Shown: positions 26,819 to 39,844 of the stretch, piece by piece
Numbering within the stretch: position 1 is the stretch's first letter
Layout: every line of letters starts with the position of its first letter
NCBI RefSeq assembly: GCF_009914755.1
Contig: NC_060944.1
DNA: 64,000 nucleotides
Source of the DNA: the human T2T-CHM13v2.0 reference genome, Homo sapiens
Strand: one strand, 5' to 3'
Translations under genes and position numbers: made by a program
The notes under the pieces: model-generated
What the model was told of the DNA's origin: nothing
The model's database searches: none
Seen by the model: only the letters and a program-made list of their open reading frames with translations

Positions 26819-27629
26819 TTTTAAAACAATGAAAAGTCAGCAAGAAGAAATTTTCTGAAATAGGTGTGCATGTATGATTAAAATATCTTAAATTACTACA
26901 ACCAATGTTTTCCAAATCAGACATGACAAACTAATTAGATTGAATTGTTTCATTAATTTAATAAATTTAATTTAAAAAATTTTAAATTAAATTCTAAAAA
27001 TACATAGCTTTAACAGGAAAAATATGGAATTGCTATATCTTTAGGCTTTAGTAAATGTTATAATTTATGAGAGCTGTAAGGCATAGAGGGAGGGAGAATT
27101 GACGACAGTACCAATGGCATTGGGGTCTCGCATTAAACCCTAAGCCATAGAGTAAGCTGGGACAGCTGAGAGGAGCAGGCTGCAGTTTTTAATGAGCACG
27201 TATGAGACACCCCCTGGGAAACTCCAGAATTAACTAACCTTGGCACAGAGCATTGCAATTAAAGAGATGGGGGCTAATGAGTGCTAATTTGTTGCTAATG
27301 TCAGTATGACCTCATTTGGTACCTACAGCCCTGTGAGACCTAGGGGCATCCATGTTATAACTAATTAAGAATTGAGGGTGATGTTTTACATCATAAATAC
27401 CAAAACAGCTTGGCAATGCATACCAGTAAGAGGGTGAGACTATGTGTTCAGAGGGATGAAACCAATTTACATATCCATAGACCAGTGCTGTCAGTGACGG
27501 GTTATGGGACAAGCAACGTGCTGATATATGAATTCAAAGGCATGGATGTTACTCCTGACTCTGTATGTTACCAGCCTTGTGATGGTGCAGTGGTTGAGCT
27601 TTTGATTTGCTCTTCAGTAAAACAGGTGC

Positions 27630-28460
27630 ACATGGTATATCCTCTTGGTGCCTCCACTGTATTAGTCCATTTTCATACTGCCATGAAGAAATACCCGAGA
27701 TTTGGTAATTTATAAAGAAAAAGAGGTTTAATGGGGTCACAGTTCCATATGGCTGGGGAGGCCTCACAGTCATGCCAGATGGTAAAGGAGGAGCAAAGGC
27801 ATATCTTACATGGCAGCAGGCAAGAGAGCGGGTGCAGGGGAACTGCCCTTTATAAAACTATCAGATCTTATGAGACTTATTATCTATCATGAGAACAGCA
27901 TGGGAAAATCCCAACCCCATGATTCAATTACCTCCCATTGGGTCCCTCCCGAGACACATGAGGATTATGGAAGCTACAATTCAAGATGAGATTTGGGTGG
28001 GGACACAGTCAAACCATATCACCCACCCCGGTCCTTGGTATGGACCAGTGCCTGCCCTCCATGCTGTTGGAAGTATGGCTGCCCACTGCTCACAGCTACC
28101 CACGCCCTCTGGAGAATTGCCCTCAGCTAATAGATCTGTTGCACTTGAGAAGTTACAGCCCCCCTCCTCCCACCACAGGCAGCCCCCAGCTAATGACTGA
28201 CTGCCTTGGAGGAAGAGAAAGCTGGACCTCTTGCTCCAAGAAGGGCCACTCTGCAATGTAGTGAGTGCTCTGAAGCCCCCATCCCTGTCCCATGGATCAG
28301 GCCCCAGCTGGGCTTTTTCTGAGACCACCTCCTTGCTTGGCTCCTTCCCTTGCCCTGTCCTGCTTCACCCCCTTCCTTACTGAGAACTGTCCCTCAACAT
28401 TTTACACACACCAAAATCCCTGCCTCAGGCTCTGCTTCTCAAGGACCTAACCTAAAAGAG
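27630..28460 (+). mobile_element. ERVL LTR16-like, interrupted by THE1
   Basis: GGAGAATTGCCCTCAGC...CCCTGCCTCAGGCTCTGCTTCT..GGACCTAACCTAA. Confidence 0.7.
27658..28021 (-). mobile_element. THE1 (B/C) MaLR solo LTR
   Basis: TGTATTAGTCCATTTTCA...GATTTGGGTGGGGACACAGTCAAACCATATCA; TSD TCCAC/CCCAC. Confidence 0.95.
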
Positions 28461-29132
28461 AGTTGTAATTCCTGGTCTGCCTATTTTATAGGATTGCCAT
28501 TGTCTGACACTAACTTGAAAGACTGGATTGGACTTAGGCCTGCTGTGAGCTGTGGGGACCTTTGCAAGGTCCAGGGAGCTGGGCTAAGCCAGGCGAAATA
28601 TTACAAAGGGCAGTCCAACTCAGTGGCATCCCAGGATAGTGAGCAGACACGTCAGCTACAGATCAGCTAAGCCCACAAAAGCCCAAGGTTATCCAGAACC
28701 CACCTCAAGGGCAGCAAAAACTCTAAGAGCAGTAGCTGAGGCTGAGACATGCATGAGGCAGGCCTGGTCCCTGGGCAGGCTGGGCCAAACCATTTAAAAG
28801 AGCAATTGCAGTGGAGTCCAGTAAGTCTACACAAAAACAATCTGAAAACCAAAAGGGTGCACAAATGAAAGTTCATTTTCACAAATAAAAAAGGCATTAT
28901 CATTTATGTGAAGTAAAGGGGATCTTATGGATGACATGTGCTCTAGATTACATTCCACCATTCTGAAATCAGGACAATGAACCCTTCTTTGACTCCTTCC
29001 AGATCTAAGCTACAGGACTCTACGTGGGTAGAATTGCAACCTAGAAAGCTGCTTTGGGAAACCTAAGTTCCTTTGGGTGGCATTGAAAATAAACCAAGAT
29101 ATATTAAACACACAGAATGTAGCTAAAGCTTT

Positions 29133-29375
29133 TAGCTGGTATATTAGAAAAAAAAAGAAGAGCTGAAATTCTGTGATTTAGCTATTATCTCTGAAGCCAA
29201 AAAAGAATCACAAAGTAGAGGAAAAGACAACAGCAAAAATCCATGAAATGGGAAATAAATGCATAGTAGAGAAAATCCATAAAGCCAAAACCTGGCTACT
29301 GGAAAACTAATAAAATTAATAAACTAAGCAAGACCGATCAAGAAAAAGAGAAGAAAAATGCATTTCCACCATCAG
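29133..29375 (+). mobile_element. Old L1 ORF2 fragment
   Basis: GAGAAAATCCATAAAGCCAAAACCTGG...TAATAAAATTAATAAAC, A-rich L1 linker region. Confidence 0.65.
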
Positions 29376-29649
29376 GGAGTTAGACTCGCTGTATGTGAAA
29401 TGCTCTTGGAAGCAGGTGGAGGTTGAGGGGAGCTGCCATCGAGATGCATTTCAGGTACCTCCATGGTTAAGAGCCCAGTGTTGGGCAGATTATAAATTCA
29501 GCCTCCTGGCGTGTGCAGACTTTCTGCCTTACAGCCCGTATATCATGCTAGGATCAGCTTTTTATATAAAAAAAAATATATATGTATTCCAAAGTTAGGA
29601 TTAAAGACTAGCAAAATAAAGACTAAGACTGAAAACAAAATTGGGCTTC

Positions 29650-30560
29650 CTTAGGTTGGGTTCCCCAGAAGACAAGGACTCTAGTTTATTTGAGAAGTGG
29701 CCTGAGGAAGCATGGGTGGGGGTGGGGAAGTGGCCATTGCTGTCCTCTGATGGCCACCACACCCCTCCCCTCCCAGGTGAGCACGCTGCTCCTGCCTCGC
29801 TGCAGCCTGCATCCCTCTCACAGGTCTAACCAGCTCTGTAACTGTTCTGACCAATGGCATGTGGCAGAGACGTCATTCTGGCACTTCTGAGTTCAGGGCA
29901 CAAGAGGGCTAGCAGCTTTTCTTTCTCTCTGCTGGGAAATCTCACCGCCGCATGGGAAGGAAGATCAGGATGACCACAGACAATGAAACAGCATGGGAAA
30001 GAGAGCCACATGCAGCAGCATTGAAGGGCCAGGAGTGAATGGAAACTGCCTGGACCTTCCGGCCCAGCCCTGCGGCCAGCTGAACACAGCTGAGTGATGA
30101 CCCCAGTAAATGGCATGTGGAGCAGCAGATCCCCCTGGCTGAGTCTGACCTGAGCTCCTGACCCACAGAATCAAGACAAATAATACATAATTGTTGTAAG
30201 CCCTGTCATTTGGGGGTAGTCATCTATTACAGCAATAGATGACTAAGTCAATGCCAGGCCATTCTTGACCAGGTCACTGCTTGGGCAGCTGGGCTCAGTC
30301 ACACTGGGCTTCTGGGAGATGGTGTCCAACACGCCTTGAGATGTCTCACTTGGGGATGAAGCTGGGGCATTCTCTCACTAACACCTATTGTCCTGGGTGG
30401 AGGGCTGCTCATTGGGGTATTAAATGTGAGCCAGAGCAGACCCTGCTCCTACAGCCAGTGGGAGGCAAGTGCTTGCTGGAGGAAATTGTCCCATGCACAG
30501 GAATTATACGGGTTCAGTGGCCCTGAGCAGGGTGGCAGGTGGCACAGGCAACAAGATCCA
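29650..30560 (-). mobile_element. LTR33-like LTR split by an MLT1 insertion
   Basis: TTAGGTTGGGTTCCCCAGAAG..TTTATTTGAGAAGTG before, and GGGCAGCTGGGCTCAGTC..GAAGCTGGGGCATT after, the insert. Confidence 0.65.
29735..30250 (+). mobile_element. MaLR LTR, MLT1F/G-like
   Basis: TGACCAATGGCATGTGGCAGA...CCTGACCCACAGAATC...TTACAGCAATAGATGACTAA. Confidence 0.8.
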
Positions 30561-30589
30561 GGCCCTGTGTGCTACTCCTGACTTGCTTC

Positions 30590-31595
30590 TGCTACTCACA
30601 CCCAACCCATCCTCATTGCACCAACTCGATCAGACTCAAGTTCTTCACCTGTCCCTGCCTTCTGGAATGATGTTGCACTTTTCTTGGGATGCTCCTTCCC
30701 CTTTCATTATTCTAACTCCTATTTTACCATCAAAGGTCAGTGCAAACACTTCCTCTTGGAAGTTTTCAGTATCAGTTAAATATCTTTCAGTTACAAATTA
30801 AAAAAAAAACAGCTACTCAACTCAAATAAGCTTCAGCAAAAGAGAAATTATTAATTTGTTTAACTGCAAAGTCTCAAAGTAGGACAGGCTTCGGGCTCAG
30901 TTTGACCAAGGCTCAGTTGATGTCACCAGAAAACATTGTCTCTCTTGGCCTCTGGATTCAGCCCTGTCCATCTCTGTGTGGTGACTACATTGTCAGGCTC
31001 CAAATAGTGGTGGGATGGCTGCTACTGCTCTAATTCATAATCTTCTCAATTTCAAAGAAGAGGCTTTAAAACAATTCCTGCAGTTTTCTAGCATTAGTTT
31101 AGGTTACATGCTCATCTCTGAACAAGTCCAAGAAGCTGGAGGAAGAAGTATGCTGGTTGTCTTTAGCCTGGTTCATATCCTGTAGTCCTAGGGCCAAAGG
31201 CTGGGGCCTCACCTGGACCAATGGGTGATGGATTGGTCCACAAATAAAACTCAGGGGTTGTTGCCTAAATAGGGTGACAGGATGCTAAGGGACGTGAGGC
31301 AGCAAATGTCCTCTACTCCTTTCCTGAACATCTCACCTACTTTCCTCCTGCCCTGGTTTAATTTAAATGCCCTTTTTCTGTGACTCTGGCATTTGCCATA
31401 CTGTATTATAACAGTTGCTTTATGTGATTTTCTCCACCAATGTCCTGTAAAACTTTGTGGACAGAGGCCATGATTGACAGAGGTCATGATTGATGTGCTT
31501 TTATATCTTCATACATACTCATCCGCACCAGCATTGCAAATTAATTAGGTCCCCCAAAATGCTTGTGGAATGAACAAACAAATCAATCAATGATC
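30590..31595 (+). mobile_element. L2 3' fragments flanking an MLT1K
   Basis: CATCAAAGGTCAG..CACTTCCTCTTGGAAG on the left; ACAGAGGCCATG...AATGCTTGTGGAATGAA on the right. Confidence 0.55.
30770..31317 (-). mobile_element. MaLR LTR, MLT1K-like
   Basis: TTTCAGTTACAA..CAACTCAAATAAGCTT..GGTTACATGCTCATCTCTGAAC..CAAATGTCCTCTAC. Confidence 0.7.
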
Positions 31596-31689
31596 AGCCA
31601 TAAATAATTATGTAAACACTTTCATTAGAACAAGCACAGTCATGTAAGAACAAAGGCAAGACTCTAACTGATAGATGTTTACTTTTGTT

Positions 31690-32510
<821 letters not shown>

Positions 32511-33644
32511 CACTTGATTGATTGAATTTTGCAGTTTTCATCTGCATAACCCATGAACACATTTTTCATGTATTCACAGAGCTATGTACACAATAGATGA
32601 TTGATAAATACTATATGGATGAATGAAGGAATGAATGAATGAAGTACCACACTGAAGAATGCTGAAGAGCCACAGAATTTGATGAAAGCAAACTTTCCCC
32701 TTCCTTGACTACAATGTGAATTAAACGAAAGACTTTGTGGAGGATTTCATTCATAATCCCTTCAAAATGAGTTAGTCCTGCTATGTACTGAATGGATTAT
32801 GCATGAATCCCAAAACAAATCCAACTGCAATTAATGTTTTAATAAACTGGTTGCTAGTGTATGCAATACCCACAACTCGTCAGGAGGGATTTTATTATAT
32901 TTGTAAACATTAATTAGTTGTTTGTTATTGTCAAACTAAATTTAAAATAAATCCACAGCATCGCTGGCCACTTGGGTGAAAATATCTCAGTGGTGACTGT
33001 AATTAGAAAATAGATGTGAGAGAATAGCCTTAATTAGTTAGCTAATGGCGAGCTTTCCACTAATTGAAACGAGGAGTCTCTATCTCACAGGGTGATACAA
33101 TAAATATCTTAGGTGTGAGCGTGAGTAAGAAGTGAACTCCTGTGGGTATTAGTAACAAGCCCAAATGTTCTTTTAACCCTTTCCTTGTGGTATTTCCATA
33201 AGAATCCACATGCTTGTTGCCAAATAAAATACAAAATAAAGAGGAGGTTTTTGGCAGGATGAAACTGATTCTGTCCTAGCCAAAATAGGGAATGGCCTCC
33301 CTAATGCCAGATTCAATTTTAGTCCTTGTCTCTCTGAACTCCTCTGGGGCAGGTGACCCCCTATTTTCCTGCTTCTTCTGCTTCTGTGGACACTCATTCT
33401 CAGTTTTCTTCATTGTCTCTTCTTTCTCCTAATGCTTACGCATTAGTGTTCTCTAACGTTCTAGTCTTCTCATCTTTTTTATCTTGCACTCTCTCCCATG
33501 ATGGTCTCATTCACTGCTGTGGTCTTAACCTCCACCCATGTGCAGGATCCTGGATCTGTGTCTTCTTTCCTGCCCTCTCTCAGGCTTCAGACTCAGGTGT
33601 CCCATCATCTGCTCATATTCCCTACTGTATTTCTTAAGGGACTT

Positions 33645-34001
33645 TGTAGCAGATGCTGTTTGCAGTTCCGTCCAAATGTTCCGGGGTCCCGTGTGTCATG
33701 TCTGTGTTCTCCTTCTCCAGCTTCTCTGCGGCTTTGCTTCTACCTGCCTGCACCTGTCACTCTCTTGGGTGAATGAACCTGGGCTCTCCACATAATACAG
33801 AGAGCCAGAAGGGCCAGAGTTCCCCTCTTGGGTCAGGCTGAGGGTGGGACTTTACCCGAGAGCTCATCCCTGCTGGGCTTATTCCCTTCCCTGTCCCGCT
33901 TCCTCCATGTCCTTATTAGTCTCCCCTGGGAGCACTTCCTTAATAAGTCGCCTGTACACAAACCTCATCTTAAGTTCCATTTCTACTAACCTGGCCCAAC
34001 A
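33645..34001 (+). mobile_element. ERVL LTR16-like solo LTR within L2 debris
   Basis: TGTAGCAGATGCTGT...CCCTGGGAGCACTTCCTTAATAAGTCGC. Confidence 0.7.
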
Positions 34002-34180
34002 TATATACCAAGCAAAATACATCATCTCCCCACAAAATGAAAAAAAATATAGTTCCTTCTTTTATATTTCAGCTCTCCACTGGTATCACTATTGCCTAAG
34101 GCAGAAAAGAAGAAGTTCTCCCCTTCCCCATTTACCTGCTACTTTCAGCCACATGGAAATGCTCCCCAGATCCTGACAAT

Positions 34181-34437
34181 ACAACCCCTCCCTATCCTCA
34201 CCATCCCCTCCTTATCCCCACCATCCCCTCCCTATCCCCACCATCCCCTCCCTATCCCCACCATCCCCTCCCTATCCCCACCATCCCCTCCCTATCCCCA
34301 CCATCCCCTCCCTATCCCCACCATCCCCTCCCTATCCCCACCATCCCCTCCCTATCCCCACCATGCCCTCTCTATCCCCATCATCCCCTCTCTATCCCCA
34401 CCATCCCCTCTCTATCCTCACCACCCCCTCTCTATCC
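34181..34437. repeat. 20-bp minisatellite (CCATCCCCTCCCTATCCCCA), about 13 copies
   Basis: Exact 20-bp period seen directly; degenerate terminal units. Confidence 0.97.
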
Positions 34438-34457
34438 ATTGATCCTTCCACTCCATC

Positions 34458-34875
34458 TGTTGCAGAGACATCTACCCGCCCTCCAAACTTCAAACTTTCC
34501 CATTCATAGTTTGGGGTTGCTGCCAGGAAGCAGCAGCCAGTCAAGACTACATTTCCAAGCTGATGACCTTGCAACTGAGCAGGCCACATGCCCAGTTCTC
34601 ACCTATGACAATGGAAGTGACGTGTGTGTCTTCCTGGTCAAGGTTGTCAAGAAGTGGGTGGGGCTCTTCCACTCTCTCTTTCTCCCTTCTGCCTAGATGT
34701 ACAGGACTTGAGGTCCCCAAGGCTGTGAAATTGCAAGAAAGAAAGGATCTGGGGCTGCTGAGCTACCCGTGGGTGAAGCCCTCCCATGACCAGAAGCACA
34801 CTCCCATTGGACAAGGACAGAAGCCTTTGTGATGCTAAAGCCACTGAAATTTGAGGGTGTGTTTGTGTGGCTGCG
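34458..34875 (+). mobile_element. MaLR LTR, MLT1I/J-like
   Basis: TGTTGCAGAGAC..GACTACATTTCC..GGCCACATG..AAGCCACTGAAATTTGAGGG. Confidence 0.75.
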
Positions 34876-37411
34876 GGGGTGCCCTGGATTACTACACCAC
34901 CTCTGCTGCCATTACTTATTTAGGATCGTCCCTGCCTGGATTCCTGCATTCGCTCCTGACATAGTCTCCATCCTCCTCACCCGTCACAGATCTGTCTTTT
35001 ACCTATTCACCAGAACAGAGCAACCTAATGGAAATGCAAATCTGACCCTGTACCTCTCTGTTCTTCAAGAGTCTTGAACACCTCCCATGCCCTGTTAAGT
35101 ACTGGATAAAGGTGAAGTTTCCCAGCACCTTAAGAGACCTGCATGCCTAACAGTTCTCTCTCAGCCACTCTCAGCCTTGTAATTTATACCCTAGGAGTGC
35201 CTGACTACTTACAGCTCCCTGAAAGCATCTGCTGTCTTACCAACACCTGGACAGTCCTACCTCGAATTTGCCGGCTGATTGGTTCCTGCTGATTTTTGAA
35301 GATTTAACTTGGACAAGAAGCCATCTTAACATTTCCCCAGGCTGCAGTAGAGCCCTCACTGGGAGTTTCTTCCAGTGCACCAAGAGGCCTAGACTCAGCC
35401 ACTCCCCAGTCCCTCTTCCCAACCAGACCAACCTGCACACTTGTTGAAAGTAGGGATCCAGGCTTTACATTCCAGAACCGACTCTCTGTCCATATTACTA
35501 ATCAAAAGTATGAGAGACCAACTTTTCAAAATTATTTCCAAGTTCTGAGATAATTTTCAAGTTCAACAAATATGGAGGGCACGCGTAGCAGGAAAAGTTG
35601 CTGTGTTTTGTCATTTCCTTGGCATTGCTAGAGATGGGTTGAAGAATAGTCTGGCAGTAATAGGGGAGAGACAATATTAGAGTGGTGATGGAGTGGACAA
35701 GGAAGCAAGAGAGAGGTGACATCTAGGGAGAGACGGGAAAACCACAGTGTGGGGGTAGGACTGTGGACCTCAGGTTTGAAATCCTTAGACCCAGAAGGAA
35801 ATGTTCTGGGTCCGTTGGTTCAAGTGCCAATTGCGGGTTCAGAACACGGAGCTCTGGACTGATGAGCTCCTTGTCCAAGTGCATCCTGCCCACCAGTGAC
35901 CAGTCTAAAATAAAGGCCTGGTCACGAACACTCTGGCCTCTCTCAGTTTTACTCTCTGCTGCCTTCAGGAGCTAAGCTTTTGCCAGATGAAGCTGGAAAC
36001 TTCCATCCATTAGTAACAACTTCTCTTCCCCGGAACTCTAGCAACTCAACTGGAAACATGCACCAGGGAAGAGAGTAGGTCTGGAAGAAGGACTGTTCTT
36101 TATTAGGCCCACACTGAAATTAAAAAAGTTTTATTCACATCTCTCATTCTGGCTTTGACAGATTTCATGAGAAATCCCTCTATCTGTGGGTCTTACCGAA
36201 AGAAGCATTTAAAGAAAAATATGTCCGTTAAAAAAGCAAATAACTAGTGCTGCTGTGTTAGCATGGTTTGCTGTTGTCGGGGGAGATGGTGGCTTAGTGA
36301 GATGTAGCAGGTTAGGACATTTCTATAGGGGCCTCTAAATCACTTAATGGTGAAAGGGATTCCCAGATGGCCTTATCAGCATCTATGTAAAATTGTTAGA
36401 TATCTGCACCAACTAATAAATTTGACTTGGAGCTTGGTTTTCTGACATTTCCTCAAATCCTCAGAGAACCGTAGTTACTGTATATCCTTGTACAGTATTT
36501 GAATTCAGAATTGCTATGCCTGGTTGGTTGCCCACCGGGACAGGAAATAAAACTCCATAATACAATGTCATTTTTTTAAGTCTGAGCATTATTAGTTGCC
36601 GTGATATTGTATGACAAACTCATGTTTCTTTTTTTTTTTTTTTGTCTCAAATGTTTTATTCTCCAGTACAACTCATTTGCATTGTTGTCCCATATGGGGA
36701 TTTGTACACCGTGGTACACGATAAAGATGCAGAAGGGAATTAGGTCATCAGGCATGCTCCTTTTTCTTTTAATAACCCCATCCAACCTCCTGCTTCTTAA
36801 TCTCATGCAGACAAAAGCAATAGAAGCTAAACCTTCCAGAGCCGTGATAGGAAAGGCGGACGCGCAAATCCACCAACATACATCCTTTCACTCGCAGTGG
36901 ATGTATTTAATTAATCCCATGTGGACTGGTCTTATTCAAATAAAACTATATTTTATAAACTGCTGCCTTGTTTTCTGGTCTGTGTGGTGACCCCTGATTG
37001 AGGCAGCTGTGCCGTTTTAAGCAGTCAGTTATTAAGGGTCTGGGTTTCTTTCTGCTAATGGCGTCATGCGGAAAAGAATCTGTATTCTACGCAGGGTAAA
37101 AACATCCCCAGTGGGTAAGGAATTAGGAGAACATTGGAGGGGTATGAAGCGGTGGCAGCAGGCAGAGGAGGGGAGGGTGAGCAGGAGGGAAGGTGGGAGG
37201 CAGCGAGGTCCCAGCTGTGACCCTGGACAGGCGATGAGCTTGGAGATTGGATGGCTTCCTCAGGCTGGCGCCCACGTGGGCCAGTCCTCCTCATGCCAGG
37301 CGGGGTTCTGAGCAGCAGTTTGCTACTGAGGGTCTTTCCAAACCTCTGACTACATGCCATTTAGTACCCAGGACAACCCCACGTTACTGAAGTAGAGGTC
37401 AAGTTGCTGGC

Positions 37412-37640
37412 ATAATGACAATATTAGAAAACTCTCCACTAGCTCTTAACATGTGTCAAACATTCTTCTGGCATTGGCTCATTCAATTCTCACTAAAACT
37501 CTATGAGGTAGCTATTATTATTATCATCCCCATTACAGACTAGGAAACTGAGGTATTAGTTAAAATGTTCAGGAGCACTTGGATAGCAATACTCAAAATG
37601 AACCAGTCTGACCCAAAGACTATGTTCTTAACCATTACAC
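37412..37640 (-). mobile_element. MIR SINE
   Basis: CTATGAGGTAG..TATTATCATCCCCATTACAGACTAGGAAACTGAGG. Confidence 0.85.
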
Positions 37641-37699
37641 AGCCCAGTCTCCGAGGGGCATTGGTTTTACCCCAGCCAGGACTTGAACATTTAGGACAT

Positions 37700-38185
37700 T
37701 CCCTTTGGAAATGCGTCCTAGGTTCACCAAAGGACATGACCTAGACTATTCATAAAAGCAGTATTATTTCATAATAGCATCAAACTGGAAACCACCCACA
37801 TGCCCACCAATAGAATGAAGAAATCATGGCATAGTCACAAAACAGAAGACTCTACAGTGATGAGAGTAAAGGACTCACAGCTACTCACGGCCACATGAAT
37901 GAATCTCACAAACATGAAAGGTGTTGGACACAAAAGAACACATAATGAATGTTTCCACTTAAAGTTCAAAAACGGCCAAGCTGTCTATGGGGAGAAATCA
38001 GGAGAGTGGTTACCCTTGGTGTGGGGTTAATGGCTAGAAAGGGCACAAGATGGGGTTTTGGGGATGGTCATGTTTTATGTCTTGATCTGAATGGTGATTA
38101 CATGGGAGGGTTCATTTTGCACAAATTCATCAGAATTGATACAGGGATATATGTTTCTATATGTATGTCATGCTTAATAAAAAGG
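37700..38185 (+). mobile_element. L1ME-like 3' end
   Basis: TTCATAATAGC..AAACTGGAAAC..ATGAATGAATCTCACAAACAT..TCTTGATCTG..TGGTGATTACA..AATAAA. Confidence 0.8.
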
Positions 38186-39355
38186 GCAAAGATTAAAAAA
38201 AAAAAAAGACATGGCCAAAGAAAGAGTCCAGTAAAAGCCTCAGAATTGATAGTCAAAACACCATTTGTCAATGATACATCCAGTTCCTCACCAGGAACTG
38301 ACTTCAGGCCAAGGGGGAAAACACATGGAGAGCTTACTAGGGTGCAAAAAGCTCAGGAGGAGAGTTCCCTTGTTTATAACCTGAAAGCCTCATTCCACAC
38401 TCCGCTGAGCCACTAACTGACTGTGTGGCCTTCATTGAGTAAGGTCACCTGGATGAACATAATCTATGCATTTTTTAATCTGTTAAAAGTAGTAAGAATA
38501 ATGAACTACACAGGTGTTTTAGTGGCTCTAACAAGGTCAGCTCCCTGGGCAAGAAGCTTAGACAGCGATCCATTTGAAAGCTCATCCAGAGGAGAAATAC
38601 TCTTTGGACAAAACATTACAATTCCTTCAGGGAAGGTTTGCCATTATCAGCTCGCATTGAGACCCTTCCTACTACCTGCTATGCCCTGGCTTTCTCCTTT
38701 TGTTTTATTTATATTTTTTATATTTTCCTTCCAGTAGATTTATTTCATTTTTCCTACCAGGTTTTTAGAACACCGTCTCTCCAGCCTCCTGACATTTCTA
38801 TACCTAGAAATGGAAGACAACTCATCTTTTGTGGAAGACACCTGGTTTTTCTTGATGCGAAGAGTCATAGCTTGGGTATTTTATTTGGAAGCACTTCCAT
38901 TTCTCAGAAGATCTGCTTGTGAGTGTCAGATACCCACAGCTAGGGCAGAAGAAACACGTCAGAAGCAAACATCTGCCAGTGACACCTCTCAAACCTCTCT
39001 GGAGCTCAAATATTTTGGCAAACTTCAGCCTGATTTTAGGTGGGGTCTCAAGCAGGTGGTTGATGGGATGTGATGAGGAAAGAAAAGACCTGTTAGTCTT
39101 GGGAAATGCAAAGTTTGTTTGATTTGAGTTTTCAGAATTTGTTTATTTTTCTCATCAAAATCCTCATTAAAAGAGTAAGGGGGAAAAACTCCCTTTTGCT
39201 TTTATGGTAGGTGACGTATTCTGCAAATCCCAGGACAATCAGTCTCAGCCAAGCCCTTAAGAAAGCCAACTGGAGGCTCCTTTCTGCTTCAGCTTTCTAA
39301 ATGTTCTGAAATTATAAAGCTGGATTTTTCCTGCTGTTTCTGTTTGGGAAGGCAC

Positions 39356-39523
39356 TTTTTTAAAATTTAAATTTAAATTTTTTATTTCCATAGGCTTTTG
39401 GGGAACAGGTGGTGTTTGTTTCCATGAGTAAGTCCTTTAGTGATGAGTTATGAGATTTTGATGCACCCATCACCTGAGCAGTATACACTGAACCCGATTT
39501 GCAGCCTCTATCCCTCACCCCCT
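39356..39523 (-). mobile_element. Heavily 5'-truncated L1PB-like insertion
   Basis: TTTTGGGGAACAGGTGGTGTTTG..GATTTTGATGCACCCATCACCTGAGCAGTATACACTG; approximate TSD AAGG(C/A)ACTTTTT. Confidence 0.85.
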
Positions 39524-39844
39524 ACAAAGGAACTTTTTAAGAGAAGACAAGGGTTTATAACATCTTCCGGGGAAAAAAAATCCACCAGATTATTCCGAGA
39601 GACTTTGTAGTGAACTGGAGTATAATGTTTGTGTGAAGAGTTGAATTTTGAATTTTCAAAGCAGGTATATTTCTTAACATGCTTTGTGATTGTTTTGTGA
39701 AAGATTTGAAGTTAGAAGATATTATTAACTTGTATTCTTTATTTTATCACTTTCCAGCATGTTTTAAGTAATATAAAAGATGCTTTATGGAGATGTGTGT
39801 GTGTGTGTGTGTTCAAAAGTAGTGTAAAGAAATTCCACTCACTT

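Noticed and set aside
31460-31491. 16-bp tandem duplication GACAGAGG(C/T)CATGATT creating an AGGTCA half-site
   Set aside because: An ordinary slippage duplication within L2, with no properly spaced second half-site.
34181-34437. CRISPR-like array
   Set aside because: Units are contiguous with no unique spacers, there are no cas genes, and the DNA is primate.
34092-34442. Proline/histidine-rich ORF resembling extensin or collagen-like repeats
   Set aside because: It is simply the 20-bp minisatellite translated.
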